Source: Candidatus Saccharimonadales bacterium
Lineage (GTDB): Bacteria > Patescibacteriota > Saccharimonadia > Saccharimonadales > UBA4665
DNA: 64,000 nt
Assembly: GCA_038230895.1 (NCBI GenBank)
Contig: JBBRMJ010000002.1
Location: 12,531 to 76,530 of the forward strand
Reading direction: 5' to 3'
Below, in pieces: positions 17,528 to 26,730 of this stretch. The notes beneath the pieces were generated by a model that had not been told where the DNA came from, did no database searches, and was given only the letters and a program-made list of their open reading frames with translations. The first letter of the stretch is position 1. Each line of letters starts with the position of its first letter. Both the position numbers and the translations under genes were made by a program.

Positions 17528-19465
17528 ATGGCAAAAATTATAGGTATCGATTTAGGAACTACCAACTCTGCAATGGCGGTAATGCAGTCCGGTAAGCCGG
17601 AAATTATCGCTAACAGTGAAGGTGCACGTACGACCCCATCTGTTGTTGCAGTCAACAAGAACAAAGAACGTTTGGTGGGGCAGGTGGCACGTCGCCAACA
17701 AGTGACCAACAGCAAGAATACGATTTATGAAGTGAAGCGATTGATTGGCCGTAACTTTAATGACAAAGAAGTCCAGCGCGACCTTAAGCTCATGGGCTAT
17801 GAAATCGTCAAAAGTGGCAATGGCGTCAAAGTCAAAATGGCCGACAAGGAGTACAGCCCTGAAGAAGTTAGCGCCATGATTCTCGGTAAGTTGAAGGCTG
17901 ACGCCGAAGCTTTCCTGGGTGACAAGGTTACCGAAGCCGTTATCACCGTGCCGGCATACTTCGACGACAGCCAACGTCAAGCCACCAAGGACGCTGGTAA
18001 GATCGCAGGCCTAGAAGTGAAGCGCATCATCAATGAACCGACTGCTGCCGCTCTGGCCTATGGCCTCGATAAGGGTGACAAGAAGGATGAGAAAATCGCC
18101 GTCTATGACCTCGGTGGTGGTACCTTCGACGTATCCATCCTCGAACTCGGTGACGGTGTTTTTGAAGTCAAATCAACCAATGGTGACACCCACCTCGGTG
18201 GTGCCGACTTCGACCGAGTCTTGGTAAATTATTTTGCTGCCGAATTCAAAACAGAGCACGGCATTGACATTAGTAATGACAAGGCTGCGATGCAGCGCCT
18301 CCGTGACGAAGCTGAAAAAGCCAAGATTGAACTCAGCTCATCACAAGAAGTCGACGTTAACTTACCATTCTTGACCGCCGACGCTGACGGTCCCAAGCAC
18401 TTTGAACACAAACTGACCCGTGCCAAGCTTGAAAGTCTCGTTGGTGACCTCATCACCAAGACTGCTGCGCCTTGTGAGAAAGCCCTCAAAGATGCCGGTC
18501 TGAAAGCCAGTGACATCAATGCCGTCGTTCTGGTTGGCGGCATGACTCGCATGCCAGCCGTCCAGGAGAAGGTCAAGGCTATCTTCGGTCAAGAACCCAT
18601 GAAGGGTGTGAACCCCGATGAGGTCGTGGCTATTGGTGCTGCTATCCAGGGTGGCGTGCTGCAAGGTGACGTCAAAGACGTGCTATTGCTAGATGTTACT
18701 CCACTATCGCTTGGGATTGAGACCATGGGAGGTGTCATGACCAAATTAATTGACCGCAATACAACTATACCCACATCCAAATCAGAAGTTTTCAGTACTG
18801 CCGCTGACAGCCAGCCACAAGTGGAAATCCATGTTGGTCAGGGCGAGCGCGATATGATTGAAGGCAACAAGAGCCTCGGCCGCTTCGTACTGGATGGCAT
18901 TCCTGCTGCGCCGCGTGGCGTCCCACAGATTGAAGTCACCTTCAACATTGACGCTAATGGCATTCTAAATGTCACCGCTAAGGATAAGGGCACGGGCAAG
19001 GAACAGAACATTACCATCAGTGGTTCCGGTAGCCTGGACAAGGCCGAGGTCGAGAAAATGGCCAAAGAAGCTGAAGCTCACGCTGATGAAGACAAGGCCA
19101 AGAAAGAGCTCGTCGAAGCCCGCAACACCCTAGACAGCGCTGTCTACCAAGCTGAAAAATTAGCCAAAGACAATGGCGACAAGCTTAGTGACGAAGACAA
19201 GAAAACGCTTGAAGAAGCCGCCGAAACTGCCAAGAAAGTCGTGTCCGACGAAAACTCTGACAAAGACGCTTTAGAGGCTGCCGTCAAAGAACTCAATGAC
19301 AAGATCATGCCCATCGGCAGCAAACTCTACGAACAAGCCGAAGCCGCCGACGAGAAGTCTCGCGATGAATCTGAATCAAAGGATGACAAAACCGACAAGA
19401 AAGCCGACGACCCCATCGAAGGCGAAGTCGTCGACGATGCTGAGACCCCCGACAAAAAAAGCTAA
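17528..19465 (+). CDS. dnaK: Molecular chaperone DnaK (Hsp70)
   Basis: [28 protein letters not shown] and a C-terminal acidic/Lys-rich tail. 645 aa. Confidence 0.98.
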   Translation: MAKIIGIDLGTTNSAMAVMQSGKPEIIANSEGARTTPSVVAVNKNKERLVGQVARRQQVTNSKNTIYEVKRLIGRNFNDKEVQRDLKLMGYEIVKSGNGVKVKMADKEYSPEEVSAMILGKLKADAEAFLGDKVTEAVITVPAYFDDSQRQATKDAGKIAGLEVKRIINEPTAAALAYGLDKGDKKDEKIAVYDLGGGTFDVSILELGDGVFEVKSTNGDTHLGGADFDRVLVNYFAAEFKTEHGIDISNDKAAMQRLRDEAEKAKIELSSSQEVDVNLPFLTADADGPKHFEHKLTRAKLESLVGDLITKTAAPCEKALKDAGLKASDINAVVLVGGMTRMPAVQEKVKAIFGQEPMKGVNPDEVVAIGAAIQGGVLQGDVKDVLLLDVTPLSLGIETMGGVMTKLIDRNTTIPTSKSEVFSTAADSQPQVEIHVGQGERDMIEGNKSLGRFVLDGIPAAPRGVPQIEVTFNIDANGILNVTAKDKGTGKEQNITISGSGSLDKAEVEKMAKEAEAHADEDKAKKELVEARNTLDSAVYQAEKLAKDNGDKLSDEDKKTLEEAAETAKKVVSDENSDKDALEAAVKELNDKIMPIGSKLYEQAEAADEKSRDESESKDDKTDKKADDPIEGEVVDDAETPDKKS

Positions 19466-19499
19466 GTACCCCTGATAGTCGCAGGATGATAGGAAATAT

Positions 19500-19961
19500 A
19501 TGACTGAAGTTTTATCGAATCCAGTTGATATGCAAGAGCACCTGAATACGCTCGCATTCAAGCTCGATACTTTGATGGCTGAAGCACCGGAAGTTAGCGA
19601 TGGTATAAATCTCAACCGCTTTGATAGTTCGAATGACGAACTTGGTCGATCCTACGGTATCGCTCGGTCAGTTAAACCCAATAAAACCGTTGGATATCAT
19701 GCCAGCTTACAAGAGTCACCAGATGCGCAAGGTTTCGTTGAACGCTGGGACTATCACTGGGGGGCAGGGAAACCACACGCCATCTATACCAAGGTACACC
19801 AATCACGGTTGTACACCAGCCTAGTCCATCCTGTAGACAGTCGAAGGTCTATGCCTCTGGCGTCCGCCGATGTTGAGATCAATATTCCACAGATCGTCAG
19901 CAATTACGAGCACGTGCGTCAATCGCAACTTGCTGAGACAGCGCTGGATGGATCGAGCTAA
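19500..19961 (+). CDS. Hypothetical protein
   Basis: 153 aa with no motif recognised. The 3' end overlaps the cutA ATG by 14 nt. Confidence 0.45.
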   Translation: MTEVLSNPVDMQEHLNTLAFKLDTLMAEAPEVSDGINLNRFDSSNDELGRSYGIARSVKPNKTVGYHASLQESPDAQGFVERWDYHWGAGKPHAIYTKVHQSRLYTSLVHPVDSRRSMPLASADVEINIPQIVSNYEHVRQSQLAETALDGSS

Positions 19962-20268
19962 TATCAATGAGCTCGTCCTCACCTGTGGTTCCTGGCAGGA
20001 GGCGCAGCGGATTGTGGATAGGTTGCTGGAGCGGAAACTGATTGCTTGCGCGGAGTTCATTCCGATTAAGTCGAAATTTAGTTGGAAAGGGCAGCTGGAA
20101 GAAGCTGAGGAGATCAAGCTGATCATGCTCAGCCTAGAAGATTATTTCGACAAGGTTGAGACTGTGGTCAAAAAGCTGCACAGCTATGAAACCATCGTCT
20201 TGAAAGCCATTCCCGTCACCCATCTTTCCAGCCAAGCCGAGGTATGGCTACAAGAAGTCACAAATTAA
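19948..20268 (+). CDS. cutA: CutA1 divalent-cation tolerance protein family
   Basis: From the ATG at 19948: MDRANINELVLTCGSWQEAQRIVDRLLERKLIACAEFIPIKSKFSWKGQLEEAEEIKLIM...LHSYETIVLKAIPV. It matches the CutA pattern (..aC.n..p.v.S.Y.W.g.....E..l..KT...HpYE.P). The track ORF starts earlier at 19870. Confidence 0.75.
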   Translation: MDRANINELVLTCGSWQEAQRIVDRLLERKLIACAEFIPIKSKFSWKGQLEEAEEIKLIMLSLEDYFDKVETVVKKLHSYETIVLKAIPVTHLSSQAEVWLQEVTN

Positions 20269-20286
20269 CTGATAGAATAGAGCGAT

Positions 20287-20550
20287 ATGAGAAATCCTTT
20301 CCGCACTGGTCTAAATGCTGAATTCGACCAACTCTGTTTGGCTGATGTATTACAGCGAGACTCCCGAATGCGTGAAGCTGCCAGCGTATTGGCGTTAATC
20401 GGCACCGGATTACACCTCAGTCACGACGACAGTGAACGTCTGATAGATACGCTGGCTAATACGCGTGATATCCATGGCATTCAGCCTGATGATATTCAGG
20501 CGGCGCTACTATGGCACGAGCCATCTCTGGAAACCGGGAATATACGATAA
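20287..20550 (+). CDS. Small hypothetical protein
   Basis: 87 aa with no motif. Its stop TAA shares one nt with the next ATG (TAATG at 20548-20552). Confidence 0.4.
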   Translation: MRNPFRTGLNAEFDQLCLADVLQRDSRMREAASVLALIGTGLHLSHDDSERLIDTLANTRDIHGIQPDDIQAALLWHEPSLETGNIR

Positions 20551-20837
20551 TGGCTGAAGAAATGTTTTCCGACTTTACGTATCTGGGTGATTTTGTTGCC
20601 AAAGATCCCGACTTGGTAACCTTTTACGAACTTTCTATACGAGGGTTCACAACTGATGATCGAGTATCACCGATGCGTGAGCGCCGCCTCATTGACTATG
20701 ACCACGAGCAATTAGTGGCTGACCTTTCGGCTGTCTATGGCATCGATAGAGCGCAGGCAATTAATGCTGAACAATTGTGCATCGTAGCGATTTATAATCA
20801 GATGCAAGATCAAGGAAGATTATTGTATGGCGAGTAA
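20550..20837 (+). CDS. Small hypothetical protein
   Basis: 95 aa from the ATG at 20550 (MAEEMFSDFTYLGDF...). The 3' end overlaps the dnaJ ATG (20827) by 11 nt. No motif. Confidence 0.4.
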   Translation: MAEEMFSDFTYLGDFVAKDPDLVTFYELSIRGFTTDDRVSPMRERRLIDYDHEQLVADLSAVYGIDRAQAINAEQLCIVAIYNQMQDQGRLLYGE

Positions 20838-21954
20838 GCGTGATTATTACGAAGTATTAGGGGTCGGTAAAGATGCCAGCCCTGATGAAGTTAAAAAGGC
20901 TTTTCGCCGCGCAGCTGTAGAACATCACCCCGATCGTGGTGGTGACGAAGCTAAGTTCAAGGAACTGAATGAGGCCTACGAAGTGCTCAAAGACACCGAA
21001 AAACGCAAACGCTATGACCAGTTCGGCCATGCCGGTGTGGGCAATGGCGGCGGGGGTGGTAACCCCTACGGCGGTTTCGGAGGCCAAGGCCAAGAAGTTA
21101 ACTTTGACTTCGGTGATCTTGGTTTGGGTGACATTTTCAGCAGTTTCTTTGGTGGTGGCGGTGGTGGGCAGGGGCAAGCTCGTCAAGCGCGAGGCCGTGA
21201 CGTCGAAACTGGCGTGGAAATCAGCTTCGATCAAGCTGTCTTCGGTACCGAAGTCGATCTAAGCCTCAACCTCGATGATACGTGTGAACATTGTAAGGGC
21301 ACCACCGTCGAACCCGGCCATGAACTAATCACCTGCGACCAATGTAAGGGGTCCGGGCAGGTCATGACCGTCACGCGCACCATCTTCGGCAATATCCAAC
21401 AGGCCGCTGTGTGTCCGAAGTGCCGCGGACGTGGCAAAATTCCCGAAAAAGTCTGTAGCGTTTGTCACGGCAAAGGCACCCAGTCCAAGAAGCAAAAAGT
21501 CGACCTCAAAATCCCGGCCGGTGTCGATGATGGTGCCACCATTCGCTTGCGTGAACACGGTGAAGCCATCGCCAACGGCCCCAAGGGTGATCTGTACGTC
21601 AATATCCGAGTAAAATCCCACAAACGCTTCACCCGCGAAGGTGATTTAATCCTTAGTGAAGAACATATCGGTATGGTCGAAGCTGCCCTCGGTACCGAAA
21701 TCGAGATCGATACGGTCGATGGCCCGGTGCGCATGAAAGTACCGGCTGGTACCCAATCTGGCGCCGACTTCAAGCTATCCAACCACGGCGTGCCACATCT
21801 GAAAGGCAGCACCCGCCCCTTCGACAAAGCTCAGGGTCAAAGAGGTGCTCACATCGTCACCATCACCGTTGACACCCCAACTAAGCTCAGCAAACACCAG
21901 CAAGCGCTTCTCGAACAATTCGACGCCGAGCCCAAAAAACGCGGCCTGTTCTAG
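20827..21954 (+). CDS. dnaJ: Co-chaperone DnaJ (type I Hsp40)
   Basis: J domain DYYEVLGV...HHPDRGG, a G/F-rich linker, four CxxCxGxG zinc-finger repeats (CEHCKGTT, CDQCKGSG, CPKCRGRG, CSVCHGKG) and C-terminal substrate-binding domains. Confidence 0.97.
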   Translation: MASKRDYYEVLGVGKDASPDEVKKAFRRAAVEHHPDRGGDEAKFKELNEAYEVLKDTEKRKRYDQFGHAGVGNGGGGGNPYGGFGGQGQEVNFDFGDLGLGDIFSSFFGGGGGGQGQARQARGRDVETGVEISFDQAVFGTEVDLSLNLDDTCEHCKGTTVEPGHELITCDQCKGSGQVMTVTRTIFGNIQQAAVCPKCRGRGKIPEKVCSVCHGKGTQSKKQKVDLKIPAGVDDGATIRLREHGEAIANGPKGDLYVNIRVKSHKRFTREGDLILSEEHIGMVEAALGTEIEIDTVDGPVRMKVPAGTQSGADFKLSNHGVPHLKGSTRPFDKAQGQRGAHIVTITVDTPTKLSKHQQALLEQFDAEPKKRGLF

Positions 21955-22721
21955 GCCGAGCGGTACTGCCCGTTCAGGGCGTGGTGTGCTGCTTTTTCAG
22001 CGGTGAGTAATTGGTCGCCTTGAATCAGCATGTCTTCTGCGGTTTGCCCAGGTTGATGTATGACTCCACCCGCTGACATGCCAAAACCTAGCGCTGTAAG
22101 TTCAGGGTGTTCCAGCATGTATATACCAAAATCCGTTTCCAATCGCCCCCGAAATGCGTCTAACCGTTCCTGGGCTGACATCGCTGAACTCGACTCAGTG
22201 CGGCCAGTCAACTCTACGAAGATAGCGAACTCATCACCACCGAGTCGGGAGGACTCATTGTCTGCGCGGTCACCATGTGCCAGTAAATCATAAAACTGCT
22301 CAGTTTGACGGGTGTCTTTCATGAGCAAGGTTGCAACATCCTTCAGAACCTGGTCGCCGGCGGCGTGCTTACCAGGGTGCTTGTCATTCACCGCTTTAAA
22401 ATTATCCAAATCAATGAATAACAGAGCAAAAATCTGGTCGGGTTGAGCCTCAGCAAGGCGTTGATTGGCATTGGCCAGTAAGGCTTTTTTGGTCAATAAA
22501 CCTGTTAAATCATCGTGATCAACGTTATGTTTCAAAGTATTGATTTCTAAGAGTCGTCGAGCACTATCATAGGCTGTCTGCGCTACATTTTCATATGTGA
22601 GCGATGCACCAGGGTTTATTACATTACCAAGGCCGGAAAAACGTAGACTATCGGCCTCCTCTTGAGACGCTGGCGTGATATCGGCATCCGGGAGGGAGGG
22701 TAATTGGTTCTGATTATCCAT
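21951..22721 (-). CDS. GGDEF-domain diguanylate cyclase
   Basis: RLGGDEFAIF active-site motif, upstream FIDLDNFKAVND. About 90 aa at the N-terminus are unrecognised. No EAL/HD-GYP domain and no TM segment. 256 aa. Confidence 0.85.
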   Translation of the reverse strand: MDNQNQLPSLPDADITPASQEEADSLRFSGLGNVINPGASLTYENVAQTAYDSARRLLEINTLKHNVDHDDLTGLLTKKALLANANQRLAEAQPDQIFALLFIDLDNFKAVNDKHPGKHAAGDQVLKDVATLLMKDTRQTEQFYDLLAHGDRADNESSRLGGDEFAIFVELTGRTESSSAMSAQERLDAFRGRLETDFGIYMLEHPELTALGFGMSAGGVIHQPGQTAEDMLIQGDQLLTAEKAAHHALNGQYRSA

Positions 22722-22778
22722 GACTAATTCTGATTTCGATTTTTAGTTTTCGCGTTTATGGCTATAATCAATAATAAC

Positions 22779-22895
22779 ATGAAAAAGCTTACGTCTAACG
22801 AGGCTGGCTTTATACCGCTCCTCGTCACCATCATATTGATTGTCGCGGTACTAGTTTATCTCGCCTACACCCGAGTCCTCCACGCCAAACATTGA
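22779..22895 (+). CDS. Candidate small membrane peptide (38 aa), below the ORF-track length cut-off
   Basis: My own translation: MKKLTSNEAGFIPLLVTIILIVAVLVYLAYTRVLHAKH. One TM helix. Preceded by TATAAT (22763-22768). Confidence 0.3.
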   Translation: MKKLTSNEAGFIPLLVTIILIVAVLVYLAYTRVLHAKH

Positions 22896-22993
22896 GCAGT
22901 GTAAAAAGCTATTGTTTAACAGCGGTATATATGATATAATTAGCAAACTCTGACAACACAGCGTTGCTGTACCCGGCGGAGGGTCATAAAATC

Positions 22994-23434
22994 ATGAAAT
23001 TTACCTGGTCACAATTCCAAAAAGCCAAAGAACCCACCACCGTGGGCCCATTCATCGTGGTTGACCTACCCCTGTTAGGCATTGAAGGTATTGATGCTAA
23101 AGTTGATACCGGTGCCTTTTCCGGCGCTCTCCATGCCAGCAATATTCGGGAAGTTAGCGACGCCGACGGCGTGAAGCATCTGCACTTCAACCCTTTAGCG
23201 AGTAAGGACCACACGCTCGAGGTCGATCATTACCATCGCCGTAGTGTTAAAAGTTCTAATGGCCAGAGTAGTCTACGCTACGCCTTTGACACCGAAGTCG
23301 AAATCCTCGGCCAACGCTACCCACTCACCATCACCCTGAGTAATCGCAGCAGTATGAAATATCAAATGCTGATCGGCCGAAAGTTCTTGCAAACGCATGG
23401 ATTTTTGGTTGACGTATCAATTAATAGCAAGTAA
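22994..23434 (+). CDS. Retropepsin-like 'ATP-dependent zinc protease' family protein (RimB-like, RimK-associated)
   Basis: AKVDTGAFSGALHA contains the aspartic-protease-like DTGA signature of the RimK-linked protease family. It lies directly upstream of rimK. The ATG at 22994 (MKFTWSQ) is preferred over the track start at 22964. Confidence 0.7.
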   Translation: MKFTWSQFQKAKEPTTVGPFIVVDLPLLGIEGIDAKVDTGAFSGALHASNIREVSDADGVKHLHFNPLASKDHTLEVDHYHRRSVKSSNGQSSLRYAFDTEVEILGQRYPLTITLSNRSSMKYQMLIGRKFLQTHGFLVDVSINSK

Positions 23435-23460
23435 GGTGCAGCTATGAGAAAGACGCAGCT

Positions 23461-24363
23461 ATGAATATCGCCATTTTATCCAAAGGTCCCGGCAACTACT
23501 CCACCAAGCGCCTCAAAGAGGAAGCTGAAGCCCGTGGTCACCATGTCCGCGTCATCAACTACGCCAAGTGCTATATTACCGTCGAACGTGGCAATCCAGT
23601 CATCCGTTATGAAGGTGAAGAGCTACGTGACATCGACATCATCATTCCGCGCATCGCCTCCAGCCTGACAAAGTATGGCTCATCCATAGTTCGTCAGTTC
23701 GAAATGCAGAATGTTCCATCAGTGACGAGCTCGATTGCCATTGTTCGTTCACGTGACAAGCTGCGCAGTATGCAGATTTTGGCCAAAGCTGGTGTCGGCA
23801 TTCCCAAGACTGTCTTCGCTCGTGATGCCTCTGACCTCGACGACGTCCTGGAACAAGTTGGCGGCGCCCCCGTCATCATCAAAGTTGCCCGTGGTACACA
23901 TGGCAATGGCGTCGTGCTGGCCGAAACTCGCAAAGCTGGCAAAGCCGTGATGCAAGCCTTCTATGTGGAAGGTGTGAGCTTCGTGGTCCAAGAATTCGTA
24001 GCTGAAAGCGCTGGTGTCGACATCCGAGCCTTCGTCGTTAACGGCAAAGTCGTGGCCAGCATGTTACGCCAGAGCCTCGATGACGATTTCCGCTCCAATC
24101 TCCACCAAGGCGGTCAAGGCATCCCCGTCAAATTAACCGATGAAGAGCGCCGTACGGCCCAAAAAGCCGCTAAAGCCATGGGTCTGCCCGTCTGTGGCGT
24201 TGATATGATGCGTTCCGAGCGCGGTCCACTCGTCCTAGAAGTCAATTCTAGCCCCGGCTTCGGCATCGAAAAAGTCACTGACCACAATGTCGCTGACAAA
24301 ATCATCGATTACGCCGAACTCATCGCCAAAGTTGGCCGCCGCAAAGACAAAATCGGCGCTTAA
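23461..24363 (+). CDS. rimK: RimK-family ATP-grasp alpha-L-glutamate ligase
   Basis: MNIAILSKGPGNYSTKRLKEEAEARGH..., the ATP-grasp core (VIIKVARGTHGNGV, DIRAFVVNGKVVASM, GVDMM..ERGPLVLEVNSSPG). 300 aa. Confidence 0.9.
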   Translation: MNIAILSKGPGNYSTKRLKEEAEARGHHVRVINYAKCYITVERGNPVIRYEGEELRDIDIIIPRIASSLTKYGSSIVRQFEMQNVPSVTSSIAIVRSRDKLRSMQILAKAGVGIPKTVFARDASDLDDVLEQVGGAPVIIKVARGTHGNGVVLAETRKAGKAVMQAFYVEGVSFVVQEFVAESAGVDIRAFVVNGKVVASMLRQSLDDDFRSNLHQGGQGIPVKLTDEERRTAQKAAKAMGLPVCGVDMMRSERGPLVLEVNSSPGFGIEKVTDHNVADKIIDYAELIAKVGRRKDKIGA

Positions 24364-24467
24364 ACCCATCGGTTTTGCTACTTAGTTTACTGACACCTCA
24401 CACATGATTAACCTCACTTACGTCTCTACTTTTAAGCGATTACTGTATCAGCTCGGAGATACTGGCG

Positions 24468-25082
24468 ATGCATGAACCAGTGTTTGTAGCGGGCAACGCA
24501 CCTGCTTGGCAGAACATTGATGCTTCACCAGGCAGTACGGAACGATCCAGAGACAGTGCTTTATTGTGGCGCGCAACCAATCTCGCGATTGAAAGTGCCT
24601 TCCGGTTTGGTCATGATTTGCCAGTTGGTGCGGTGGCAGCGCACCAAGATTTAATTGTTGGTCGCTATTTTGCCAGTGACCGGAGAATTGGTTATCAGCA
24701 GGCACATGCCGAATACATGGCTGTCATGGATTGGAAAGTGCCAGCAGCTTTGCTACGAACACTAGCTCCTGATACTGTCGTCGTTTCGCTTGAGCCATGT
24801 GATAATTGTCAGGACTTCCTGGCTACCATACCAAATATAAAACGCGTTGCCTTCGGCCTGCCGCGAACAGCTGCAGAAGAACGAGGACTCATTAAGCCGC
24901 ATGCCGAAACTATTTATCAGCGGGCACTGCGAGTAGGCTTGCCGTATCAAGTCGTACAAATCGAGGACGAACAGTTGCCCTCAGCGAACGAGGCCATCCT
25001 TGATCATACGCGGCGTAATCCCGAAGCTGAGACGGTTGAGATTGATCGCCTTGGGTTGCAACGAGCACTTTCAACGTTATAG
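24468..25082 (+). CDS. CMP/dCMP-type zinc deaminase domain protein
   Basis: HAE (AHAEYMAV) and PCxxC (EPCDNCQDF) zinc-ligand motifs at the expected spacing. The exact substrate (tRNA adenosine, cytidine or another) cannot be told from sequence. The start is uncertain. Confidence 0.6.
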   Translation: MHEPVFVAGNAPAWQNIDASPGSTERSRDSALLWRATNLAIESAFRFGHDLPVGAVAAHQDLIVGRYFASDRRIGYQQAHAEYMAVMDWKVPAALLRTLAPDTVVVSLEPCDNCQDFLATIPNIKRVAFGLPRTAAEERGLIKPHAETIYQRALRVGLPYQVVQIEDEQLPSANEAILDHTRRNPEAETVEIDRLGLQRALSTL

Positions 25083-25117
25083 TTCAGCTAGGTGCCGAGC
25101 ATAACGCTCATGTTATA

Positions 25118-25639
25118 GTGTCAGGTATGAGTCCTGCTATGATTTTAGGTGCGATGGTTGCCGTTCCGGTGGTGGTTTTGATGCTGTTGCGGGCCAATGC
25201 CGCGCTGGTATTTCTGAGTTTATGTCTCGGTGCCGTGCTGGTGCAATTCGTGGCACCGCATACGCAATCCTTCTCAGATTTGTTTTCCGCCCATAATTTA
25301 TCGAATGCCCATCCGGCTAGCAACACAATCAACCTTATACTGCTGCTCGTGCCCGTTGTCTTGACTACTTTTTTCATGATTGGTACCGTCCGAGGCCGTA
25401 CCAAATTGCTACTCAATGCATTGCCAGCGGCTGGTGTCGGTTTGCTCGGCGCATTGCTGCTGGTGCCTTTGTTACCCGCTGGGCTACAGTACAATATCGT
25501 TAACTCGTCGTTATGGGCAGAAGTCCAGCGTGCCCAAGATGTGATCGTTGGTTCCAGCGCCCTCGTCTGCCTTCTCGTCCTGTGGATGCAGCGTCCCAAA
25601 ACTGGCGGCAGCAAACACGGCAAAAAACACAAAGTTTAG
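25118..25639 (+). CDS. Hypothetical membrane protein
   Basis: 173 aa with 4-5 hydrophobic helices and a basic C-terminal tail. Preferred over the fully overlapping minus-strand ORF 25108-25632, which is Arg/Pro/Thr-rich and non-protein-like. Confidence 0.55.
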   Translation: MSGMSPAMILGAMVAVPVVVLMLLRANAALVFLSLCLGAVLVQFVAPHTQSFSDLFSAHNLSNAHPASNTINLILLLVPVVLTTFFMIGTVRGRTKLLLNALPAAGVGLLGALLLVPLLPAGLQYNIVNSSLWAEVQRAQDVIVGSSALVCLLVLWMQRPKTGGSKHGKKHKV

Positions 25640-25684
25640 CTTCGCTCATTGAATTGTGTTTACGGCAGGGCCAACTAAATGAAG

Positions 25685-26479
25685 CTACGCAGTTCTTTGG
25701 GAAGTAGTTATAACCCTCAATAAGTTGTCGTGAATCAGGCCGTTGGTGACGATGAAACCACCGGTTAGTTCGCCGTCATAGCGATGATCCGCACCCTTAA
25801 TATCTGTAGCTTTGCCGCCAGCTTCATCAACAATCAGCTTTACGGCTGCCGCATCCCACGCCTGGGTTGGATTCAAGTGCGGTGCTGCATCAACAAAACC
25901 TTGGGCTACCAACATGCCTTTGAAAACACCACCATGAATCACATTAGTTAAATATACTGCTTCAGCTATATCAAGATAGGTTTTCTGATGCCCATATAAT
26001 GACGAGAACTTGGTAGGGAAGACAACCATCGCCTGTTCAAGTGTTCGGCTGCTGACTGAGATTGGTTCACCGTTGCGGAAAGCGCCACCGCCTTTGGTAG
26101 CCCAGAATAGATCACCATTGGCTAGATCACGGGTAACAGCTACGGTCGGGGCTCCATCGATAACCAAAGCCACCGAAAAGAAACAGGCGGCTTCACCCAT
26201 CATGTAGGCGATGGTGCCGTCGATAGGGTCGCACACCCACAAGCGATTTTTATCGGCTTGCCATGAACCTTCTTCCCCCAATACGCCATCAGCCGGGAAC
26301 ACTTTCTGAACGCCATCGATTACCAGTTGATTGATCTGCTTGTCAGCAATCGTCACCGGCGATGCATCACTCTTTGTCTCGAATTCTACCGACTGCTTAT
26401 AATACTTATCTGAAATCAGCTTGGCATCATGTGCCAATTGCTTGGCAAACGCCAACTCTGCACGATAGTCATCACTCAT
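25685..26479 (-). CDS. Inositol monophosphatase family protein (SuhB/CysQ-like)
   Basis: IMPase motifs GEE, WVCDPIDGT, WDAAAVKLIVDEAGG. 264 aa. Confidence 0.85.
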   Translation of the reverse strand: MSDDYRAELAFAKQLAHDAKLISDKYYKQSVEFETKSDASPVTIADKQINQLVIDGVQKVFPADGVLGEEGSWQADKNRLWVCDPIDGTIAYMMGEAACFFSVALVIDGAPTVAVTRDLANGDLFWATKGGGAFRNGEPISVSSRTLEQAMVVFPTKFSSLYGHQKTYLDIAEAVYLTNVIHGGVFKGMLVAQGFVDAAPHLNPTQAWDAAAVKLIVDEAGGKATDIKGADHRYDGELTGGFIVTNGLIHDNLLRVITTSQRTA

Positions 26480-26528
26480 AGCTTAATGATAACAAAGAAA
26501 AAGACTTCAGAAGAAGTCTTTAGATTAT

Positions 26529-26604
26529 TGGAGGGCCCAGCGGGACTCGAACCCGCGACACGAGGCTTAAAAGGCCTCTGCTCTACCAGCTGAGCTATGG
26601 GCCC
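26529..26604 (-). tRNA. tRNA-Lys (anticodon UUU), CCA encoded
   Basis: Hand-folded cloverleaf on the minus strand: GGGCCCA-TA-GCTC-AGCTGGTA-GAGC-A-GAGGC-CTTTTAA-GCCTC-GTGTC-GCGGG-TTCGAGT-CCCGC-TGGGCCC-T-CCA. Confidence 0.92.
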
Positions 26605-26730
26605 CTAAAAATGCGTGTGGCATTTTTGGCTGAGACGAGCGAAGCGTCATTAGTGAATCTAATTCGACAATTACGCTCAGCCCAACCGGGCAAATTAACT
26701 CCTTACATTATCCGTAATTTGGGCGAAAAG

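Noticed and set aside
17281-17980. Minus-strand ORFs of 144 and 142 aa across the ORF121/dnaK start
   Set aside because: They are antisense to dnaK, which is unambiguous. They have no SD or motif and are shadow ORFs.
20287-20837. ORF87/ORF95 as a toxin-antitoxin pair
   Set aside because: The size and the 1-nt overlap fit a TA layout. Neither product shows a known toxin or antitoxin motif (no PIN, RelE, HTH, RHH or AbrB-like pattern). They are embedded in a chaperone operon. It is kept only as an alternative hypothesis.
25108-25632. 174 aa minus-strand ORF co-extensive with the + strand ORF 25118-25639
   Set aside because: The plus-strand product has clean TM helices. The minus-strand product is Arg/Pro/Thr-rich with no structure-like pattern. 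Only the + ORF was kept.
26607-26627. Hairpin AAAAATGC-GTGTG-GCATTTTT between the ferric-reductase operon and tRNA-Lys, considered as a terminator
   Set aside because: The stem has only two G:C pairs and is mostly A:T. It is too weak to call without 3'-end data.
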